DNA from: a virus
Virus record (IMG/VR): IMGVR_UViG_3300049491_000418
Location: 1 to 64,000 of that record
DNA: 64,000 nucleotides
Reading direction: 5' to 3' (one strand)
Shown here: positions 57,132 through 64,000 of the stretch, piece by piece
Position numbering within the stretch: position 1 is the first letter of the stretch
Layout: each line of letters opens with the position of its first letter
Made by a program: the position numbers and the translations under genes
Notes under the pieces: model-generated
What the model saw: only the letters and a program-made list of their open reading frames with translations
The model's database searches: none
What the model was told of the DNA's origin: nothing

Positions 57132-60100
57132 ATGAGCTGTAAAATTCAAATAAAAGAGAATATTACTCAAGTTATTGAGAAGAAAACTAGTGGTGCTACT
57201 GAAAAACCATTAGAAGAAGCTCAGGCTATTGGGATAGAAGTAAACAGTCAATTTGGTGTTGATGTTGTTTCCTTCTCCCAAACTCCAGATTATCTTGTAA
57301 AGAGAACTATTTCTATTCCTGATAGTCTTGTAGATATCTATTATGATAATGAAGTAGCTTTAGAGGAATCAGAGAAGGCATCTATTGTTGAAACTCCCAG
57401 TATTGTACCCACTTCTAAGGCTACTAGTGAAACTCTTATTAAGGTAAAAGAGGTTATGCAACAAATGAAAGTAAGTTTTCAATTATTGCATGACTACGCA
57501 AAAGGTAACCCAGCAATAGAAACAAAAGATGTTAGTGGACTTGCTGATCTATCTGCAGGAGTAATAGCTGTAGCTCAAGGTTCAGAAAGTGCTACATTAA
57601 CAGAGGAAATGGTCCATATAGCTACTGCTATTTTGGAACAAACAGATCCTAAGTTAATAACATCACTTATATCTAAGATTGAGAGATTTAAAATTTACAA
57701 ACTTACTTATGATGCTTATAAAGGAAATAAGAATTACCAGTTATCAAATGGTAAACCAGACATACGTAAGATTAAAAAAGAAGCTGTTGATAAACTGATT
57801 GCTGAATATATTGTTAAACAATCTCAAGGTAACTCAGATTTTCCAGAACTTACTGAACAAAGAGAAAGAAACTTGGTTCAATCATGGTGGGATTCTATTC
57901 TTGAATATTTAAGAAGCTTGTATGGTAAATCTAAAGTGGATTTATTTGCACAAGCTGCAGATCATATCATGTCTGGTAATATAGGTACTATTGAAGATAT
58001 TAAAGCTCAAGGAGTTTACTATCAATTAGGAACTGATGCAGTTGGAGATAATCCTCTTGTTGATAAGTTTGTTAATATCATCAATGACATTGACAGTAGA
58101 ATGAAACTTGATCCTAATCCTTCAGATAGACATTATACATTAGATGGTGAAAGGGTAGCAACTAGTGTTACTGAGAAGATTGGTAAATCTAAAAATCTAC
58201 CTGATAGAACTCCTGAACAAAAGATTAGTGATGATCAAAAGAAAACATGGGGTTCTGAAGGACATATGTATATTGAAAAGTATATAAAAACCAATCTTAT
58301 AGATCAAGATGGATTTAAAAAACCATTTACAAATAGTCTTATAAATACTACTCTTGATAGTGAAGCTCAAGAAAAACTTAATAGGTTTGCTGAGAACTTG
58401 ATTAATTCCTATCCTAAAGGAACAAGATTTCTTATTGAAAAGAAAGCAGTTAATCAAAGAGAAAAAGGTATGCTTGGATCTACAATAGATTTCATAGCTG
58501 TATATCCTGCAAAAAAAGTAGATGGTTCTCCAGATGTGAATATAGATATACTTGACTGGAAGTTCACTGATATAGATAAATCTATAGAGGAAGATGTTCC
58601 ATATGTTAAACAAAAAGACTGGAAGCCTCAGATGGGTGAGTATACCAAGATGATGTATGAATACGGTTTCAAACCTGGTCAGATTAAAAAAGCCAGAATG
58701 ATTCCTTTCATTATGAATTATGACAATATTGTTAAAGGAGATAGAAAAAGTGGTTTAAGACCAACCTCTATTGAAATTGGAAAGGTTGACAGTCTTACTG
58801 AAACTAATTTATATTTACTTCCTGTTCCAATCAATTCTGAGAGCACAGGAAATGATGCCATTGATGATTTGTTGAAATCTCTTAGAGGATACTGGGAGAA
58901 AATGTATTCAAAACAAGTTATTCCAGAAGCCAGAGCAACAAAACTGATTCATTTGAATCAATTAAGTAAAGCTATCCGTATATTACATGTTACTTTGAAC
59001 TTTGCTCCTCTTGTAAGTGTTGGTAAAACCTTCATCTCAACCTCTAGGGCTTCTCTAGATTCATTTAAAGGTGTGGATTATACTAAGTTATCAAAAGAAC
59101 AAATTGAGGCCAAATTACAAGACTTAATTGAGTTTAAAAACACTGCATTGAACTTTGCATCATTAGATGAGGCATATATTTCTCATTATGGAGATGTTAA
59201 TCTTACTGATGAGGCAAATAAAATATTATTAGGTCTTAAAGCTGTTTCTGCAAATGCCAAATCTAAATTAAAGGAAATTCTAGAACTTCAAAAAGAATAT
59301 GTAGCACAAATTGCTGTTAGAGAAAATTTTGTTAATGAAAACAATAAAACTTCTTTATTTGATGCTGAGAAAGAGATTGGTGCACTTATCAAAAATTTTG
59401 TAGAAGGAAGTAGACTTCCCGCCAAGCTTATAAATTTTGCTTCTAATCTTATCATGAGAGTGAAAAGATCTGCTGAGAAAAGATTCATAGAGAAGTTTGA
59501 TGAATTTAAAAAAGTATTACTTCCTTTAGAAGAGGAAGCTTCTAGACAAGGTAAAAGAGCATTTGATATGATAGGAACTGTTGATAAAACAGGACTACAT
59601 CTTATAAAAAAAGTTGATAAAAAGTTCTGGACCGATGTAAAGGATGCTAAAGAGAAAGGTAAGGAGAACAAAAAATTTCTTATGGATAATATGGATATGG
59701 AAAAATTCAATTCCTTGGCTAAAGAAGCTATAAATAAAGGAGTTGAAGAGCTTAAACTTATAGAGTTCTCTATGGACAAAGAAAAAGATGATTATATTAG
59801 AAGTGGTAAGATCAAACGTCTAAGAAAATCAGTAGATATTAATAGAGAAGACTTTAATGGTTATAATGAATACCTATTCAACCATATTTTTAGACAAGTT
59901 GTTAAGGCAGATGATCATTTATCTGAGGAATACAAGCAAATGAGTAAAAGTAAAGCATCCTTAGATGCTTGGAACTTCTTTACAGCAATGAATGAGAAAG
60001 CTAGAGACATAGGATACATTGATAAACAAGGTATGTCCTTCTTTCCATTGATTGAAGCTAGTATTGTTGATAAATTTAGACAAACAAGTAATGCTGGAGT

Positions 60101-62027
60101 TGAGTTAAAGAACTTCTTTAAAGATTTATATACTGTTAGAGAGTCTGAAGAGCAAATTTTCTCTAAAAAAGATTCAGAAACAGGAGAAATTAAGAAATCT
60201 ATACCAAAACACTTCACAAAACAAGGAAATCTTGCTACAGAAAGACTTTCTACTGATTTAAACAAGGTAGGGGCACTCTGGATCAAAGCTTTAATGGATT
60301 ATGAAGCCAAACAATCAATTGAGAATACCCTATTAACTATTCAGGCTGTTGAAAGAGCTAAAGGAAGTCTTGTTGTTAATGAACAAGGTGATTTAGTTAG
60401 TGAAGGGGGTAAGTTTGTTGTTAATAAATCTGTAAATAAGAATGCAGATATAATGGAAGCCATCTTAAATGATGCTATATATGATTTGCAGGAAGACTTA
60501 GGGAATATTGGTAACATTACTATCCAAAAAACAGCAAACAAACTTGGTAAAACAGCTGAAGGTAAAGAAAACCTAAATGTATCTATTAAAAAAGGACTTA
60601 AGAATGCTGATACTCTTACTAGAGCTCTTGCTGTTGGTCTAAAACCATTAATTGGTTTGGCTAACTGGATGGGTTATAATTTACATGCTGTTATTACAGG
60701 AGGTAATATGTATACTGTTGCAGAATTTATGAAAAACAATGCAAGAGTAACTGTATTTGGAGGACTCTCATTAGAACATAAAGCTCTATTACACTTAGTA
60801 ACTACTGCTCCTGATGATGAGATGACAGAGATGAGAAGAAAAGCAGCCAGAGAAAAAAGTCTAATATCTTATCTTTCCACATGGTCATTCAGTGATGTTA
60901 TGATGCTCACTAACTCTTTCCCTGAAAGAAAATTAGCTTTAGCTAGCGCTAAAAGCTTTAATGACAATGCTATAATAATTGATGGTAAGATTGTAAATGC
61001 CAGACAATATCTTAGAAAACAAGATAGATCTCAAAAATATAAGTTATCTCCTTCTGAAAGAAAGGTTCTTGAAAGATCCTTTGATGATAGAGTTAAATCT
61101 TTATTAGAATCTTCAACCAAGTTAACTTCAGCTGTTAAAGTAACAGATGAAAAGATTACAATTGAAGGAGTATTAGAAGATGAGATTGTAAAATATAGTT
61201 TGAAAGTATCTGAATTTTCCAGAAACATGAATGGCTCTATGAACATAGATAACAAAGCTGGTTATAGAAGAGATACCATGTTCAGTTCATTTATGATGTT
61301 TAAGAACTGGATCCCTAAATTATTAATTTCTAGAACAGGAGAGATAAAATATAACCTTGAAACAGAAGATTGGGAGTATGGTAGAATGAGAGCATTTGCT
61401 AAGGTATTTGCTGATAGTGGCTTTAGTGTTATTAAGAATATGAGAGCAATTATAACAGGTTCTCCTGAAGGACTAGCTATCCTTGATAGACTTCTACAGG
61501 AAAAGAAAGATGCATACTTTGAAAAAACTGGTCAAGAGTTAGAAATAACTGAAGAGGAGTTTTATGATTTAATGAGAAGAGAACTTGTTAATGAAGCCAA
61601 AGAACTTGGTATGTTATTTACCACATTTGCTATGGCAGCTATGATAGGTTTTATAAAACCACCTGAAGATGCTACAAATGATGAAAAAAATAAATGGAAG
61701 TTATGGGCTAAAGCATCTAATAAGATAGCGGAAGAACTTAGTTTTTATTATAGTCCTTTATCTATGGAAAGTATTACTAAAGGAAGTATATTACCTTCTT
61801 TAGGTTTATTAACAAAAGCATGGAGATTTTTTACAGCATTTAGTAAAGAATCTTATGGATATACAACAGGAGATGAAGAACTAATGGATAAAACATATCC
61901 TATTAAGTATTTCTTTAATTTAATACCTGGATTGGCTCAATTTCAAAATGATTATCTTCCATACATTGATGCAGAACTTGCTAAAGAGATGGGTATAAGA
62001 GTTACAGTAGAAGCCAGAAGACAATAA
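57132..62027 (+). CDS. Giant internal virion protein with degenerate zincin and PD-(D/E)xK-like domains
   Basis: 1631 aa; LTEEMVHIA...KKEAVDKL; G..GH..IE...E...STIDF...DILDWK; helical C-terminus typical of the gene after the RNAP in crAss-like phages. Confidence 0.65.
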   Translation: MSCKIQIKENITQVIEKKTSGATEKPLEEAQAIGIEVNSQFGVDVVSFSQTPDYLVKRTISIPDSLVDIYYDNEVALEESEKASIVETPSIVPTSKATSETLIKVKEVMQQMKVSFQLLHDYAKGNPAIETKDVSGLADLSAGVIAVAQGSESATLTEEMVHIATAILEQTDPKLITSLISKIERFKIYKLTYDAYKGNKNYQLSNGKPDIRKIKKEAVDKLIAEYIVKQSQGNSDFPELTEQRERNLVQSWWDSILEYLRSLYGKSKVDLFAQAADHIMSGNIGTIEDIKAQGVYYQLGTDAVGDNPLVDKFVNIINDIDSRMKLDPNPSDRHYTLDGERVATSVTEKIGKSKNLPDRTPEQKISDDQKKTWGSEGHMYIEKYIKTNLIDQDGFKKPFTNSLINTTLDSEAQEKLNRFAENLINSYPKGTRFLIEKKAVNQREKGMLGSTIDFIAVYPAKKVDGSPDVNIDILDWKFTDIDKSIEEDVPYVKQKDWKPQMGEYTKMMYEYGFKPGQIKKARMIPFIMNYDNIVKGDRKSGLRPTSIEIGKVDSLTETNLYLLPVPINSESTGNDAIDDLLKSLRGYWEKMYSKQVIPEARATKLIHLNQLSKAIRILHVTLNFAPLVSVGKTFISTSRASLDSFKGVDYTKLSKEQIEAKLQDLIEFKNTALNFASLDEAYISHYGDVNLTDEANKILLGLKAVSANAKSKLKEILELQKEYVAQIAVRENFVNENNKTSLFDAEKEIGALIKNFVEGSRLPAKLINFASNLIMRVKRSAEKRFIEKFDEFKKVLLPLEEEASRQGKRAFDMIGTVDKTGLHLIKKVDKKFWTDVKDAKEKGKENKKFLMDNMDMEKFNSLAKEAINKGVEELKLIEFSMDKEKDDYIRSGKIKRLRKSVDINREDFNGYNEYLFNHIFRQVVKADDHLSEEYKQMSKSKASLDAWNFFTAMNEKARDIGYIDKQGMSFFPLIEASIVDKFRQTSNAGVELKNFFKDLYTVRESEEQIFSKKDSETGEIKKSIPKHFTKQGNLATERLSTDLNKVGALWIKALMDYEAKQSIENTLLTIQAVERAKGSLVVNEQGDLVSEGGKFVVNKSVNKNADIMEAILNDAIYDLQEDLGNIGNITIQKTANKLGKTAEGKENLNVSIKKGLKNADTLTRALAVGLKPLIGLANWMGYNLHAVITGGNMYTVAEFMKNNARVTVFGGLSLEHKALLHLVTTAPDDEMTEMRRKAAREKSLISYLSTWSFSDVMMLTNSFPERKLALASAKSFNDNAIIIDGKIVNARQYLRKQDRSQKYKLSPSERKVLERSFDDRVKSLLESSTKLTSAVKVTDEKITIEGVLEDEIVKYSLKVSEFSRNMNGSMNIDNKAGYRRDTMFSSFMMFKNWIPKLLISRTGEIKYNLETEDWEYGRMRAFAKVFADSGFSVIKNMRAIITGSPEGLAILDRLLQEKKDAYFEKTGQELEITEEEFYDLMRRELVNEAKELGMLFTTFAMAAMIGFIKPPEDATNDEKNKWKLWAKASNKIAEELSFYYSPLSMESITKGSILPSLGLLTKAWRFFTAFSKESYGYTTGDEELMDKTYPIKYFFNLIPGLAQFQNDYLPYIDAELAKEMGIRVTVEARRQ

Positions 62028-62032
62028 TTTAC

Positions 62033-62040
62033 TATATTTG
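62033..62040 (+). promoter_or_regulatory. Bacteroidota -7 promoter box (TATATTTG) for the fibre/poly-Thr/glycosyltransferase unit
   Basis: Exact TAnnTTTG match in the 36-nt intergenic gap, ending 24 nt before ATG 62064. Confidence 0.6.
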
Positions 62041-62063
62041 TACAACTTAATTAATTAATAATC

Positions 62064-62693
62064 ATGGGAACACCAAGCAAACAAATTGGATGGAGTCAGG
62101 AATCAAACCTACTTCATGCAATATTAAGACAACTTGATCAACTTGCTGGCGTAATAGCTGTCAGTGGAGGAGGTGGACTAGATAACTTTGTTACTCTAAA
62201 TACAGTCCAACCTATTGTTGCAAGGAAAGATTTCTCTGTAGTTGCAGGACCTGCATCTACTTTTACATCTTCTACTGGAAATACAGTGAATGTTACTGCC
62301 ACTACTGGTAGTGGTGTATATAGTACATCTGTTGATGGCCCAGCTATAGAAGGATTTTCAGTTAATGATCCAGGTATTTTTGGGTATTCCAGTAATAGTG
62401 CTGGTGTATTTGCTCACTCACAGAACTTTGTTGCTCTTATTGTAGACTCTTTAAATCCAGGGAACCTTAGTGATTTAGCTAATTTTAATCTTAATGGAGT
62501 ACCTGCAGTTAGAATTACTAATAATGGTAAATTAAGTCTAAAAGCTTCTACAACATTAGCTGCAGTATTAAATTTACCTGTAGGAGTTGCTCCTACTGCT
62601 CCTGCTGATGGAGACATTTGGTTAGAGAGCACTGCTTTAACAGGGTTAAAAATAAGATTAGGTGGAGTAACTAGAACTTTAACTATAACATAA
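62064..62693 (+). CDS. Short fibre/decoration protein (QIGWSQE anchor + beta-solenoid + tip domain)
   Basis: N-terminus KQIGWSQESNLL; G-rich 11-aa repeats; C-terminus similar to that of fibre 14808. Confidence 0.65.
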   Translation: MGTPSKQIGWSQESNLLHAILRQLDQLAGVIAVSGGGGLDNFVTLNTVQPIVARKDFSVVAGPASTFTSSTGNTVNVTATTGSGVYSTSVDGPAIEGFSVNDPGIFGYSSNSAGVFAHSQNFVALIVDSLNPGNLSDLANFNLNGVPAVRITNNGKLSLKASTTLAAVLNLPVGVAPTAPADGDIWLESTALTGLKIRLGGVTRTLTIT

Positions 62694-62830
62694 TGTCATA
62701 TATCCCACGCCAGATAGGATGGTCTCAGGAGGCAATCCTATTGCAGAAAATATTGAAGAAGTTGATAGGTATTACTAAACTTGCAGCAGCTGCAAGCCCA
62801 GCAACTACAACTACTACAACTACACTATAA
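62693..62830 (+). CDS. 45-aa QIGWSQE-anchor peptide with poly-Thr tail, not in the ORF track
   Basis: MSYIPRQIGWSQEAILLQKILKKLIGITKLAAAASPATTTTTTTL*; TAATG overlap with the previous gene; paralogous N-terminus. Confidence 0.8.
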   Translation: MSYIPRQIGWSQEAILLQKILKKLIGITKLAAAASPATTTTTTTL

Positions 62831-62851
62831 TAAACCAATAAATAACTAAAT

Positions 62852-63919
62852 ATGAGAGAGCTAGCCTTCATTACGGCATGCCCAGATGATACTTACTTTA
62901 CATGGCAAGTACATTTGTGGCTTGAAAGTTTAAGAGAGATTGGGAAATCAGATAAAGCAGTAGTGCTTGTTTTTACTCCAGTCTTTAGGGATCAAAACCC
63001 TAAGTGGGAACAAATTGTGGACTTATATCCAGAAGCTGTTTTTAATTTTTACAAAGATGAAGATAACATCTCTTCTTTATTAGGAATTTATATTCCAGTG
63101 TTAAGACCTTATCTTATGTGGAGATTTCTTAAGGAAAATCCTGTATACACAAGTAAGGCATTGTTTTATTGTGATAGTGATATTCTCTTTACAGAGAAGT
63201 TCAATGTTGATGATTTCTTAGAAGATGATATTAATTACCTATCAGATACTAATAGCTATATAAATGCTGATTACTTTGATAGTAAAGTAAAAGATGTTCT
63301 TCCTGAGAAATTAGAAGAATACAAAACAAGAGATATCCTTGGTGAAGTAACCAGTTTAATTGGTATCACAAGGGAAATCTGTGAAGCAAATAATAAGAAC
63401 TCTGGAGGGGCTCAATATTTGCTAAAGAACATGGATAGTTCTTTCTGGTCTAAGGTTATGAATGACTGTATAATCATTAGAACCTATTTACTAAAAATAA
63501 ATAGAGAATTCTTTAAAGATGAGAATGCAGGATTTCAAAGTTGGTGTGCTGACATGTTTGCTGTTCTTTGGAACATTTGGTTAAGAAAACAGGAAACAAA
63601 AGTTATACCTGAATTAAATTTTGCTTGGTCTACTGATCCTATAGAAAAACTTCAAGAGACTACCATCTTGCATAATGCAGGAATTGTAGGAGAGTTTCAA
63701 ACTACTGGAACAAGTCACAAAATGACTAAGTCTGGAATGCTTACAGTACATGAGGGTTATAATGCCTTTTACAAGGGTAAGTATCATCAAGGATCAGATC
63801 CTATGATGGATCCACACTTAGACAAAGTATTAAATGATACTAACTCTCAGAAACATTGCACTTGGTTTTATGCCAAGAAATTAAAAGAATTAAGTAACAA
63901 ATTTCAATTACAGTACTGA
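62852..63919 (+). CDS. GT-A fold glycosyltransferase resembling plant protein O-glycosyltransferases (GT96 SERGT1 / GT95 HPAT)
   Basis: DxD motif LFYCDSDILF; YFTWQ; YIPVLRPY; GGAQYLL; WCADMFAV; ILHNAG; no signal peptide. Confidence 0.75.
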   Translation: MRELAFITACPDDTYFTWQVHLWLESLREIGKSDKAVVLVFTPVFRDQNPKWEQIVDLYPEAVFNFYKDEDNISSLLGIYIPVLRPYLMWRFLKENPVYTSKALFYCDSDILFTEKFNVDDFLEDDINYLSDTNSYINADYFDSKVKDVLPEKLEEYKTRDILGEVTSLIGITREICEANNKNSGGAQYLLKNMDSSFWSKVMNDCIIIRTYLLKINREFFKDENAGFQSWCADMFAVLWNIWLRKQETKVIPELNFAWSTDPIEKLQETTILHNAGIVGEFQTTGTSHKMTKSGMLTVHEGYNAFYKGKYHQGSDPMMDPHLDKVLNDTNSQKHCTWFYAKKLKELSNKFQLQY

Positions 63920-64000
63920 TGAAAGATTATAATGGACTCATAAATCTAAACTATCCTGTTAAACCTTATTGTCTCTATATGATACATAATGATGATGACA
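63919..64000 (+). CDS. Partial ORF (start only)
   Basis: TGATG overlap; MKDYNGLINLNYPVKPYCLYMIHNDDD... runs off the window; YCLYMIHN is faintly GIY-YIG-like. Confidence 0.4.
   Translation, partial: MKDYNGLINLNYPVKPYCLYMIHNDDD

Noticed and set aside
3149-62027. Stop-codon reassignment (TAG or TGA recoding known in some crAss-like phages)
   Set aside because: All large genes, up to 14 kb, are open in the standard code and densely packed. Reading through the muzzle TAG (34249-34251) would not join it in frame to the next gene.
3928-62632. Numerous short minus-strand and alternate-frame ORFs in the track (e.g. 3928-4191, 7165-7554, 21354-21887, 46576-47001, 59288-59779)
   Set aside because: They lie entirely within long + strand genes and have shadow-ORF composition with no recognisable motifs.
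63919-64000. GIY-YIG endonuclease call for the last partial ORF
   Set aside because: Only 27 codons are visible, which is too little to support a function.

Overview
This window is the virion-assembly (late) arm of a crAss-like phage (Crassvirales-type podovirus), very likely infecting a Bacteroidota host. The host call rests on TAnnTTTG promoter boxes and A-rich, Shine-Dalgarno-less starts. After a short leftward region and a strand switch at about 1.1-1.2 kb, all genes run on the + strand in the canonical crAss-like order: HU/IHF-like and small genes, terminase large subunit, portal, scaffold-like protein, major capsid protein, ring and auxiliary capsid proteins, tail hubs, four fibre genes, an HNH endonuclease, ring/IHF/tail-tubular genes, a muzzle (tail stabilisation) gene that appears split in two, injected cargo proteins, a 4671-aa virion RNA polymerase (DFDID), a second giant cargo protein, two fibre/decoration paralogues and a glycosyltransferase. 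The most striking observation is a candidate phage-encoded, mucin-like virion O-glycosylation system. Five predicted surface proteins carry nine Cys/Pro-flanked poly-Thr(Ser) tracts written with mixed codons. The glycosyltransferase's motifs resemble plant peptidyl-Ser/Hyp O-glycosyltransferases (GT96/GT95), and it lies directly behind an unannotated 45-aa 'anchor + poly-Thr' gene. All protein assignments come from motif recognition and gene order by eye; no database searches were run.
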